DNA of 63,557 bases, counting the filler, from Reticulomyxa filosa (Eukaryota; Protista; Foraminifera), in NCBI GenBank assembly GCA_000512085.1. It is 14 parts of 14 records of this genome, joined end to end, with 100 filler letters (N's around TTAATTAATTAA, not from the genome) between each part and the next. Parts side by side here need not be neighbours in the genome. Positions count along the whole stretch, not along the records: positions 10,036 to 11,514 come from ASPP01009314.1; positions 11,615 to 20,874 come from ASPP01001535.1; positions 20,975 to 22,889 come from ASPP01014057.1; 11 more parts are not named here. One strand, given 5' to 3'. This document shows, piece after piece, positions 11,395 to 22,889 of this stretch. Below the pieces are notes generated by a model. The model saw only the letters and a program-made list of their open reading frames with translations. It did no database searches and had not been told where the DNA came from. Every line of letters starts with the position of its first letter. The first letter of the stretch is position 1. The translations under genes were made by a program, and so were the position numbers.

Positions 11395-11514
11395 ATGAAA
11401 AGCTCTAGTCGCTGTGAAACGCGTTGTCGATTACAACGTGAAAGTACGCGTCAAGGCCGATGGCACCGACGTGGATGTGGCCAACGTCAAGATGTCGATG
11501 AACCCGTTCGACGA
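11395..11514 (+). CDS. etfB: Electron transfer flavoprotein beta subunit, N-terminus (partial; one extra A after ATGAAA)
   Basis: GGAGG RBS at 11387. Removing one A gives [39 protein letters not shown], the canonical EtfB start. Confidence 0.92.
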
Positions 11515-11614
11515 NNNNNNNNNNNNNNNNNNNNNNNNNNNNNNNNNNNNNNNNNNNNTTAATTAATTAANNNNNNNNNNNNNNNNNNNNNNNNNNNNNN
11601 NNNNNNNNNNNNNN

Positions 11615-11815
11615 CTTCACACCTTTCAATTGAGACAAATAGCCATATTTCTTGATTCGTTCTTCAACTGACTCGTTAGAAGAACGTTTTGGAATAGTAG
11701 CTGCGTATTTGTGAATAATCTTTGCCAGTATACCTCCGGTTCCTTTCAGCAAATTTGTTATTGCTTCCTTGCTGACCATTCCATCCAGAGCTTTATACAG
11801 CTCTTTCAATGCCAT
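11615..11815 (-). CDS. Hypothetical protein, runs off the contig end
   Basis: Open frame MALKELYKALDG...LSQLKGVK up to the linker; no recognisable motif. Confidence 0.35.
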
Positions 11816-12610
11816 ATCTTCTGGGAAATAAACTCTAAAGCGAGAATTAGTTGTTTTTTTTACAATTTATTCTCGCATTGCATTGGCTACTTCGAACACC
11901 GCACTAATAGCAGAATTTGAGATTGCATCTCCTGTTAAACATGCAATCAAACAGATTTTGTGTTTCCTTGTGAAATCTTATATTTCATATGCTTGTAAGA
12001 TAAACGTTTTGAAGATTTGTCAAATTCTAATTGCAAGTCGCCAACGATGCTATCTTCAACTTCTTTCATCTTCGACGTGATTTACTCAAACATATCCTTC
12101 GACTCATCATTCTTCAACGACTACACAAATGCATCTATGTACTATTTTCACTTATAAGTTTTTTTAGTCATTATATTTGAATAAAAATTATATATATTTA
12201 TTTTTTAAAAAAAACAAACAATATAAGTTGTAATATAAAATATAATTCAACTTAACTTATTACTTGCGACTAATCAATGCTACAACTTGGTCGCCATTAT
12301 TATTATAAAAAAATAAAAATAAAAAATAACTTAACAATATAATAATAATAACAAAACCAAATAACAAAACCATAATAACAATAACATAATGACCATATAA
12401 TAATAAATTAATAACAATCATTACGGTAGGTCATACACATTCCCAATGTATCGACGTAAACATGACGCCATTCACAAATATCACATATACGTATATGTAT
12501 TTATATACGTTATTGTCCATGCGTTTCGAAAAGCCCTATACGAATAAAAAAATGTGATTGATCAATGTCATTTTTTTTTCATCTAAAGTACATAAAAAAA
12601 AAAAAAAAAT

Positions 12611-12985
12611 CTAACTAATATCGATAGTGGTATTGCCATTGTTGATTGGGGATACGTTCTGAAGTTGATATGTAAAATGGTTTGTAAAGATAGCACGATC
12701 AATTGTATAACCACTACCACCACGATTGGGTTTTTCACCTTTGAATTTGATTGCGTCCTCTTTCATGTGCACCACTAATTTTCCTTTCTCCACTGCAATT
12801 CAATAAAAATTCTTTTCTGTACACACATTTTTTTGTTTTCTTTTTTTAGTCTTTTTTTTTTTCGTCTTTTTTTTTTTTCAGAAAATAACTGTAAAAGTTC
12901 ACAATTGACTGATCTATTGTCGCCAATCTTATCCAACACTTTCGAGATTTTAGTTTTCCAAAGAATAAACTCTTGTTTTGCAACA
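12611..12985 (-). CDS. Small spliced hypothetical protein or gene fragment
   Basis: Protein-like ORF 12611-12793 preceded by a poly-A intron-like tract and a short upstream open segment; no family recognised. Confidence 0.25.
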
Positions 12986-13607
12986 TCTATTTTTTATAGA
13001 ATAAACAAAGAGTTACTCCGTTTTTGTTTCTTAAAAAAAGGCAAAAAATTGCTTGTAATACTACTTGCAAATAACCTATTAAGTGATTGTTTAACAAGAT
13101 TTAACGTGTTGTCAACTTGAGACTAGAATTTGACTGGGATTCAGAATGTAAGCACTTGTTATTTTGTAATGATAAAGGCTTATCTATTTCATACAATCAA
13201 TACAACAACAGCTTTCATTTTTCTCATGTGCGTGTTTGCACCACACTCAGAACATTTTCTTCTTATTCTTTCATTTGTGTGAATTCTTTTATCATCTTTT
13301 TTTGGTGGAGAAAGTCATCCAAAAGGGCCTGTTTCACAACAAGTGTACAAATATTCAATAAATGGGAAACACGTGGACTTGTCCACTTTTAAAACATTTC
13401 ATAACGCAAAAAAAAAAATGAAACAATAAAATTTGTTTTTCTTCGCTGTACAGTTTTTTGTCACTCCATTGATTCTATTTCATCTATTTAATTTGTTGTT
13501 ATTCTGTGATTGTACTAGTTCTAGTTGAAGTACAGCGAAAGAAAGGTTGAAACCTTTTTAGGAACAGACTCCAACAGCTTCGAACAATTTTTAAGAAATA
13601 AAAAACA

Positions 13608-14070
13608 ATGGGACTTTGCTGTAGTGGAATAGATGCGAATCTTGCTGCCCATTCTGCGACAATACACTCGTTTCAGAAGACGTCTGCACCGAAAGAAGTG
13701 GACACAGTAAAAGGACAAGACAACAAACAGGAGTCAACAATATCACGTCCGTCGTATGGCAGTAATAGTTGCCCACAGCAAACATTTTCAAAAGAGGCCG
13801 TCCATGTCATGTACGACTTTTGGACAGATCACATTAAGTCACTTTCGGCCGAAAAAAAAACAGTTTCGTGTTGAAAACAAAGAAAGCGTTTTTTTGGTCA
13901 ATGCAATCTTGTGTTATTCTGTTTGTTAAAAGGAATATGTGTTTTAAACAGCAAATCGGAGTATTGCTATACAGTCACCTGTTTTGCAATTTGGTTCACT
14001 CTCGACAAATTTTTCTGAGTTGTGGAACCATTGAATCGGTTGGTTGGAAGCTGTTGGATCATGTTCGATT

Positions 14071-14106
<36 letters not shown>

Positions 14107-15067
14107 TTTGCGACCAAAAAACGGAAAAACAAAAAAAATGTTGCACAGATACAGCAAATGATACGGATACTTCATGAACATCCTGAAAACGAATGGATAA
14201 AAGAATTGCAACAGTTAGGGTCAACACATCGCCAATGGGGCATTCGCTACGGAAATTATCAACAATTTTTGCAAGCATTGCACTCGACCTTTGAAGAACA
14301 CTTTCAGGAAAGCAAAGTGTATTCACTGCGAATTAAATATTCCTTGGAAAACATTTTCACCAATGCAGCAGTCACAATAACAGGCCAAAATTTTTCAATA
14401 CTGTTTCGTGATCGTGTTGATGACTTTTTGTCGCTTGAGTTTCTTGACTCATTGGAAATTTGTTTGTCACATGCTACTGGTATGTTGCTTTTTTTTTTTT
14501 TTGTGTTTTTTCATACGAAGCGAATTTTGTTGTACTTGTTGTTTGTGAACTTATGTGTGTGTGTCGTGTTCGGTACATACATAGGCCGAGAATACTTTAA
14601 TCGGTATTTGGAACAATCATTTTGCACAGAATACGTAGTTTTTTTACGTAGTTTTGATGACTTCAAGAGACTAGCGTCAAGCATGGACCGGTTCGAAAAG
14701 GCGTCGAAAATATACCAAGAACACTTTTCTCTTTCTGCTGTTGCACACATTAACGTACCTGAGCATGAACACGTTCTACAGGTGTGAATAAATACTCTGT
14801 GTCTTCTTATGACTCACTTATAACAATCGCAAACATGTTTATTTGTTCCAACTTTTTTGAGAACAGCTCGAATCAACATTACATTTCTTTGCTGAAAAGT
14901 ACAAAAATGGTGAAAAGCCCAGTGATGAACTATCATTGGGTATGGATGCCGAACTGTTCGATAACCTTTATCATGATATAAAAAAGGGTATTGAACAAGA
15001 CATTTGGCCAAACTTCGTTGCAGCAATTCACTCGATCAAAGAAATTACTCGACCTCAATCTATTTAG
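13608..15067 (+). CDS. N-acylated globin-RGS fusion protein (364 aa; exons 13608-13862, 13952-14062, 14149-14479, 14585-14781, 14867-15067)
   Basis: All four introns are GT-AG and phase-compatible (total 1095 nt, no internal stop). N-terminus MGLCCSG. Globin motifs: W in helix A (DFW), LLYSHLF (B), RQIF (CD1), LGSTHRQWGI (F8 His), NYQQFLQALH (G). RGS motifs: SLEICLSHATGREYFNRYLEQSFCTEYVVFL..DDFK, KIYQEHF..HINV, LFDNLYHDIKKGIEQDIWPNF. Confidence 0.88.
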
Positions 15068-16046
15068 GTATTGAATTTCTTTTTTCAATTCAGATATTTA
15101 AGGAAATATATTTCTTATCTTTTAATTGTTGTGGATAATTTGGTTATCTTTTGGATCAAATAACTCTGACTCACACATCGCGTTCTCTTTTTTTTCTATT
15201 TTTTTGATTGTTGTGTGTGTGTGATTATTGTTCTAATTGTTGATATTATTACTTACTAAACTAACTCACCTCCTTTTTTTTTTCTGATTACTTGCCATTT
15301 TGATCATAAAAACTTATTCGTGTCCATTTTTGGCATCAAGTTATTGCAATTTGTGAAATAGTACAATCGTAATAAATATCCAAAATTAACTGCTCCAAGT
15401 ATTACTAAAAAAAAACCTTTGAAGCTTTTTAAAAATATAAATTGTCAACATATAAATTAATACATCAAATACGTACCGCACTGACTTTTTCAAAAATTAA
15501 ACAGGTAATGATTTGAGAGAAATTGTACAAAATACAAACAAAATCACTTTCATACGTCTTTTCATGCAAAGTTTCGTTGGTTTTTGGGACTTTTCGAACA
15601 ATCTGCTAGCCTGAAAGCAAGTACTCCGCAAGAAAACACGAAGAAATTCCGCACATCAAACGGACAAAAAAGACTATAGCTTCATCAAATGATGTGAAGA
15701 AATTTTTACCTTAAATTTTTTGTTTATGAAATTTTCTGAAATTTTAAGACTTAGCTGTTTATACATTTCATGCAAGTATTTTGTTTGTGATGTTAGATTA
15801 AATGAAAAACAAAGTGTTAAATTTGATGTTATAATTTTGTTCATTTTGACATATATTTATGTTTTGTGGTTGATTATGTTCCATTGATGTGATGTCCTGA
15901 TCACTATCTTAAAAAATACAAATTAATATTACAGAAAAGTCATTATTGATCGATATGTTGATATTTATCCAATTATATTACAGTATTGTTCAGCTTATTA
16001 AATACATTGAATTCAAAATACTATCTGACTGCCAATTTACAAACAA

Positions 16047-16112
16047 TACATGTAGTGACAAAAGTACAGATACATGAAATTTGCATCTTATATGTGAAAA
16101 ATCAACATTTTT
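16047..16112 (+). repeat. Dispersed repeat (TIR-like end), homologous to 48318-48420
   Basis: Both begin TACATGTAGTGACAAAAGTAC and share GCATCTTAT and AAAAATCAACATTTTT. Confidence 0.65.
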
Positions 16113-16569
16113 TGTCAATTACAAGCATTTCTATATTGTGTATGTGTTGGCTGTTACTTTGGCTTGTGTAGGGCAAGCCCTTATCACACATGGCTGAACG
16201 CCTATGGAACTGAGGAGCTCCCTTTGGGTTAAACCTCCTCAGCAAACTACCTCTTACTTGTTTTCTCTTTTACTTCTTTTGTCTTTAACTTTCAGTAAAT
16301 AAAAGTAAATTAAAGAATAATTCACTCTCATTGAGAGTAACACTATCCCGTATTACATTTAGTGAAGCTACTCACTGTAGACTTCCTACACTTGCACAAA
16401 GCGTAATACGAAAATATTGCTATATTTTGTTTGTTTTATTTTAAAGCTCTTTTACTTTTTTTTACAGTAGCGTCCAAAAAAAAGTTAGCCTACCGAAAAA
16501 TCAGATTATTTAAAAAGTTATTTTTTATATTTGTCCACTTAAGTTACAAATCTGTAATTTTACATACAT

Positions 16570-17352
16570 ATTGAACTTATACTGTTGTTAAATTGACTAA
16601 AATTTGATAGTTATATCTTTGTTAGTTTAGAAAATATAATTTTGTAGTTAATAAAAAAGTTCACTTTTTGAATAGCTATTGATCTAATAAAGGCTTACAA
16701 TGTCAAAATATGTACTTTTTTTCACAAAACACTTTATTTATAATCCAAATCATAAAAAATAATCTCATTTACCATTTGGTGGAATCACCTTTAGCTTGGA
16801 TCAAGTCATATATTTTATTTAGCATAGAATCAATTAGTTTTTCACACAAACTAGCTTTGATATTATACTATTGATTGCTAAACTAATCAAAAAGATCTTC
16901 GTATAAACTTTACACTTTACGATATACTATATGTCTAAATAAGATTTATACTATGACTGTTCACAGGCAATTTAATCAAATGTATTTCATTCTCTTCAAA
17001 CAATCTTTATGTATATATTGATTTGTGACATTCGTAATACTACGTTCACTTCTTAGTATATCGACGTCTATGGCCTTGTCAAATTAAGTGATATAATTTA
17101 CAATTACACTAAATTATTCTTTACATGTTTATTGCTGATGTGAATTTGTTTTCTCAAAAAAAGATTTTTTGTTATATGAAATCAATGAATGAACTTCCGT
17201 AAGTTCAAAAAAGTGAACTTTTTTATTAACTACAGATTATTTTCTAAACAAACTTCAAAAGCTAATTTTTTAAATTTTGATTCTAATTTTCAATTCTAAA
17301 ATGCAATTGTATTAATTGGTTCATTTAGTAAAATTTTACAGTTTATGTTCAA
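16570..17352. mobile_element. Degenerate inverted-repeat (MITE/foldback-like) element
   Basis: 16625-16672 (GTTTAGAAAAT..TGTAGTTAATAAAAAAGTTCACTTTTTGAA) is the near reverse complement of ~17204-17249. An outer pair at ~16570-16605 and ~17320-17352 also matches. Non-coding. Confidence 0.55.
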
Positions 17353-18445
17353 TTTTGCGTTGTGTTATTCTTTTGTTATTTTGCACTTATAAAATTTATA
17401 ATGTGTAAAAAAGAACAAAGATATGGTAATTGAAAATTGTAGAAGAATGAATTGCATTTTGAAACATTTGAAAATGTATATTTATGATGTAGCTCATATT
17501 TTCATATAGATCTTTTTGTAATACAAATTATTATTAATCAAATGATATTTTTTAAAATTATTATATAATGAAAAAAATTAAATATGAGTATATTTTGTTT
17601 GAATTCAACTTCAATAGCAACTCATAAACATTAATATCACATGACAGATATTGTCAAGTGGTAATTTACGCGTTTGGTAAACTTGGCCAAAATCGGCTGA
17701 GAACGAACAAGATTTCACTTTCCAAATGAAACATACATTAAATTTAAGAAAAATTAATTTTACTTTATATATCAATTTCTGATTTCAATCCACTTATAAT
17801 ATTTTCACGTAAAAAAATATTATTAAAATGTTGACAGTGTTCATAATGAAACATAATGGCTTATTAAATATAGTGTGATTATATATTACATGTATGTTTA
17901 CAGATCTGAATTGCATCGTATTGGACTATCTTTACAATAAGATTCAGCTTTTTGCACAAAGCAACAAGTTATACATATAAAATGTATTCACCGCCGTCAC
18001 TATATCTCACTAGATCTGGTTAACATAGTATATCAAATCGTTTACCAATATTCCACAGCATATTACTCTTTTTTTCAAACACATGAAGTTTAAGTAGTCT
18101 TAAGTTTTAAATAAAGACATAAAAATTTCAACACAATAATTAAAGAGGTACTAGTTGGTCACTTTAAATTTTTTCTCACAGACCCTTTTTTTGATTCGTT
18201 GCTTTCCTTTTTTTTTGTAGGAAAAACCCAAAAAATTGAGGTGCACTTACTGATTGCCTTCCTTTGGCTTTTCCATTGAAAAAAATGTTTCAAACGTCAA
18301 TCAGTTAGCAAATGAACTCATCAAAACACAAAACACTCAGCCCAATTAAAACCCAAATATGACGCTATTATTCATCCAGATTTCATCACTTCCTCCCTTT
18401 CACATGAAAGCAACATTCAGCTTTCGGCTTTCGTATTATGCAAGC

Positions 18446-19152
18446 TTACTTATACGAGACTCGGTCACAAGCAACATACCCTTTTTGAAACTCACCACCT
18501 TTAAACACTGCAACGCCAATTACCCCTTTTGTTTTTTCACAATCGCTCAATGGTTGAGCTGACAGCAATTGTTGCAGTGCGAAAAGCAGTTGTTGTTGTT
18601 GACTGTTTTGATCTTTCGTTTTATCGTCCAAATCGATGTTGATGTCTGCCGAAGATAATTGAATGCTGGGACCACTGCAAGCTAAATATTTTATGTGGTA
18701 ATCTTCAAAAGGATACGTCACATTTTCAATGCTCACTTCAATCTTGTCGTCAGCTTTCTTGCTGCCTCCACCGCATATATTGTCAAAGTCATTTTGATTC
18801 TCTATCTTCCACCAATCATTCACTAATTCACACTCTTTTCCAGTGTAGCCATGAATCTTGCTCTGAGGGCATTCCAGTTTGTTTGTTTTGTTTTGTTTTG
18901 TTTTCTATGACATCTTTGATGACAATCCCAAAAGGGAGCAATTCTATTTTATTCCTTTTTTATGAAAAGTAGCCAAACTTGGGATTGGATATGTGTTGCC
19001 GCCCCTTTCTTGAAGATTACTGCGTCGCACATTCGACATCGAACATCTTTACTGTTGGTGTTGTCTGTCTCCTTTGGGACGTCAGTTATCAAATTAAGAG
19101 ATTTTTCTGTTTCTTGAGTTACGTCTTCTTTTGACAAAGGAGCTTGTGCCAT
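18446..19152 (-). CDS. MSS4: Mss4/RABIF-like Rab chaperone/GEF (intron 18863-18978)
   Basis: NSKDVRCRMCDAVIFKKGAA...WWKIENQNDFDNIC...KYLACS...DCEKTKGVIG...YVACDRV matches the Mss4 pattern (CxxC, W.V.DMF.FEN, FL.CADCE.GPIG, YVA.ERV). Confidence 0.8.
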
Positions 19153-19489
19153 GAGATTTCTTTTATTGGTAGAATTTATCTCAAATAAAAACAAAAATTT
19201 TTTTGTTTGTTTCGCCTCCTTTTTTTTTTAAAAAACACAAAAAATGCTCTGCTTTTTCTTGCTACTATTAAATTAACAACGAGACTTGGCCATCAAGTAA
19301 AGAACTGAAATTTTCAATTTGTTTCCGTTTCGGAAAGAGAAAGTAGTTTCTAGCAACTCCATAAATGCATTTTTTAAAATCAACCTTTGTTCGACAATAA
19401 CTTACACGCAGAACAAATAATAACAACCTTAAAAAAGACAATGAATCATGATAGTAATATTGATGTAAAAAAAATTTGAAAGACGACAT

Positions 19490-20839
19490 TTAAAATCTCT
19501 TTTGTAGCGTGGGTAATGTTCTGCCCCACCAAGGGCCTTGAAATGATGCCACCTTGGGTCGTATTTTTTGTAAAGGGATAGTCAATCGCATAAAAATGTT
19601 TTCAGCCCCAGAAGCATCAGTTTCGGAAATTTTTTCAAATCCTTGACAGTTCAAAATTCCTTCGATTCTATGTTAACACAAAGTATTTGATATATCTTTG
19701 TTTATGCACATCTCGTATTGTTGTTCGAGCATTTTTTTTCTCCCCTTCCTTACGCTAACATGTTTACGGGTAAGTGGAGATCATCTTTAAGGTATTCGTT
19801 CAGCGAGCTTATTTTAATAGTCCAACCTCCAATACGAAGTGCCATCAAACAGAGCAAGCCACTCAAACGCATTCGCTCGCTGTTTTTCAAATAGAAACTG
19901 CCTTTTGTAAAAGTTTCAACTACTCTCTGAATAAATGGATCATCAAGAAAGTGAAAGAATTCCAAGAATGACTCGGACAATAGCTGATAGCACATTTCAT
20001 ACACAACCAAAGACTTTAAGGAATCCTCATGATCTTTTTTCATTTCCTCTGAAAAATTTTGATATTGTTTATGCACGTGCTGAAAGAATTTCGATGCGTT
20101 TTTCCTTGTGAGTTCCAACAATCAAACATATACATACACACACACATATGCAATTCCTTCATACTATACTTCAGAAACTGTAATCAAGACTGGAAGAGAA
20201 AGAAATGAGCTCTGTCAAAGATCGGAGACAAAAGATAAAGATATATACGGATATAGATACAATTCCATTTCTACTCATAAAACGTACAGTTCTCCTGGGA
20301 AAGTTTCCCAGTATGGCAAAATCGATTCTATATGTATTTCGTTTAAAAACATATTTGGTAAAATTAGTTTGAGTTCATAAATTTCGTCGCCAGTTGTTCC
20401 ATCTTTGTTGCATGGAAATTCTGTTTTTATTTGTTGAGTTTGTGTTTTCGTTTCATGTTTGTGTGAAAGAACATATCCGGAACATTCCTTCTTTTATATA
20501 CATATATATTTATTAAAAAAAAAAGCAACAACAACAAAATACTACATACCAAAAACAGAAAAGCTGTTCTTGGTCGATTGATATTGATAAATGCAAGTAT
20601 AATGCGAATCGTCAGATTTCAATTGCTTTTGCCGAGGTTCCATCATTAACGACGTTGTTTTGCCTTGATCGGCGCTTATCTGTTCTGCATTCATCTGCGT
20701 GTAAGATCTCTTCAGTATTCCCCCTTTCGCGGATATTTCGCTTTCGTCTTCGCTTTTATTCTCACTTTCATTTATATTTATATTTTCGTCTGCGTTCGGT
20801 CCCTGTTTCCCACATTACATTGTGCGACTTTGCGATTGA

Positions 20840-20840
<1 letters not shown>
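19490..20840 (-). CDS. RPA49: RNA polymerase I subunit RPA49/PAF53-like protein, multi-exon, 5' end uncertain or partial
   Basis: Exon peptides FPCNKDGTTGDEIYELKLIL, LLCLMALRIGGWTIKISSL..LKDDLHLP and MRLTIPL echo A49 motifs (PP.N..A..P.DVY.L..II; ILALH.D.F.V....L..DLKL; A.L.LPL). The last exon ends with TAA at 19490. Confidence 0.6.
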
Positions 20841-20874
<34 letters not shown>

Positions 20875-21738
20875 NNNNNNNNNNNNNNNNNNNNNNNNNN
20901 NNNNNNNNNNNNNNNNNNTTAATTAATTAANNNNNNNNNNNNNNNNNNNNNNNNNNNNNNNNNNNNNNNNNNNNTTCAAAGAGACATTTGTTGATATTAT
21001 CAAATCGAAAATTTATTTCATATTTTATTCTACCAAAATAAAAATTATTGTTATATGAGATTTTCTTTATGAAAAAAAAAACACTAGTTAATGACAAACT
21101 ACTTTGTTGCAAAATGAAGAAATAATTAATGATTCAAGTAGATTAACTGTTTTTTCACATTGCGAGTTTCTACACAAAAAATTGGCCATGATTTGTTGCT
21201 TTTAATTTGACACGATCTTTGCCTTTTTTTTTTTACACATAACGCAATAATTAGTTTCGGTGATCTCTTTTTTTTTCGTGCACACTCAAAAATCATTAAA
21301 TGAAAATTTTTTTGTATCAAAAACAGAAAATGATCTCATTCTCATTACATTAAAAAGGTAATCCCATGTTTTCTTTTTAGAAGCTTTTTGTCTACACTTG
21401 AACTTTTCACACAAACGCACTGAACTTGGTTACAAATTTTCTTGTTAAGCCTTTTTCTCACTTTTCACACCAATCCACAGTATTTCTTTTATATTTAATT
21501 TGTTTATGCTGTCTTTTAGTGCTAGGTTATACATTGAATACAGAATAATTAATTGTGAAATCTAAGATATTTGTAACAATCGTTTTTATTTGTATTACAA
21601 TAAATTCGATATCTTTTTTCTACTCCAAAAAATATGAAAAGTAGAGGGAACGTAAGACTAAAAAACTGAGGATATCTTCAGAATTGAAATTTTGAAACTG
21701 AAACAACCCACAAATTATTGATAGTAAGAAGCATAATC

Positions 21739-22858
21739 ATGGCAACGGAAAAGACAGTTTTTTTAGGAGCAGTGCTCCTGACAGTCTGGGCTTGGTTTGT
21801 CGCGTTGCCAATTTTGTTGTACTGGTTGTATCGCTACCGAAGCGTCTCGTCTCACCCAGTAATAAACAAGCGCTACAGTGTAATTGTGTACATAGTGAAC
21901 GCGGTGGCAATGGTGATGTTTGCAGTGGAGCGAGTGCTGTTGATCTGGTTGGTGGCAGCAGGTACGATTAGCGAAAAGTCAACCAAAGCAAGAATATTGG
22001 TATCATTTCAAAAGTTGTTATATTTTGCGTGTCTGCATGGACTGATCTCTCTGTACTTTATACGAACTTGGTTGATCGTATTCGATATCAATTGGAGCGT
22101 GGCCACACAAAGACAGTCGTGGCGAGTGCATTTGGACCCAATTAACGAGCAAAAAGGAAATTGGTATATTCAAACCAAGCCTACGTACGGCAATCTTCGA
22201 TGGTTGGCAAAGCGCGTTTTCATCGCATATGTGTGTTCCGTGACTCTGGCAATGTAACATTCTTATTTTCTATTTTTTTTTTTTTTTTTTTTTACATCTC
22301 ACGTATACATTATATATGTATATAAATGTGTATGTGTATATATTTATTTATTTATGCATATTATGTCCATACTTTTTTTTTCTCTCCTCTTTGTATCCTC
22401 CTTGGCTTGCCATCCAACAATAAACAAACGGACGAATAGGTACCTTGTTGAAACAACAAAGTTAATCAAGGTATACATCGCCGACATTGTATTACTGCTA
22501 ATTCCAGTGTTCGCCACGGTGATATTGTATTATAAGTGTCCGGCATACCATGACACGATTGGCGTGTCAAAAGAGCTGCGAGTGTTCCTGCTAAGCGCGC
22601 TGATAGGCGCCATCGCGTACATCGCCATCACCGTCAGCGTGCCTTTCGGTGATCAAATCTTTGGGTTTCTGTTCCGAGGCTTCCTCGTTATCACTGTGTT
22701 GGTGGTTATGGTATTGCAGTCGACCGCCTATGTCATATGGATCACTAGGGATCTACGTAGGTTTAGTCGCATGTCCGCCATTGAAAAGGGTAGAAAAACT
22801 ATACCGCGCAACAGCGCAGAGACTGGTGGCTTTATTATTTCTTTGGGTATTTGTGTCT

Positions 22859-22889
<31 letters not shown>
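21739..22889 (+). CDS. Seven-transmembrane protein resembling the receptor moiety of 7TM-RGS proteins (3' partial; intron 22254-22439)
   Basis: Seven hydrophobic segments after splicing. HPVINKR after TM1, IRTWLIVFD at TM3 and YHDTIGVSKELR before TM6 (DxxxIxxEL-type motif). The contig ends in an intron-like (TA)n tract. Confidence 0.65.
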
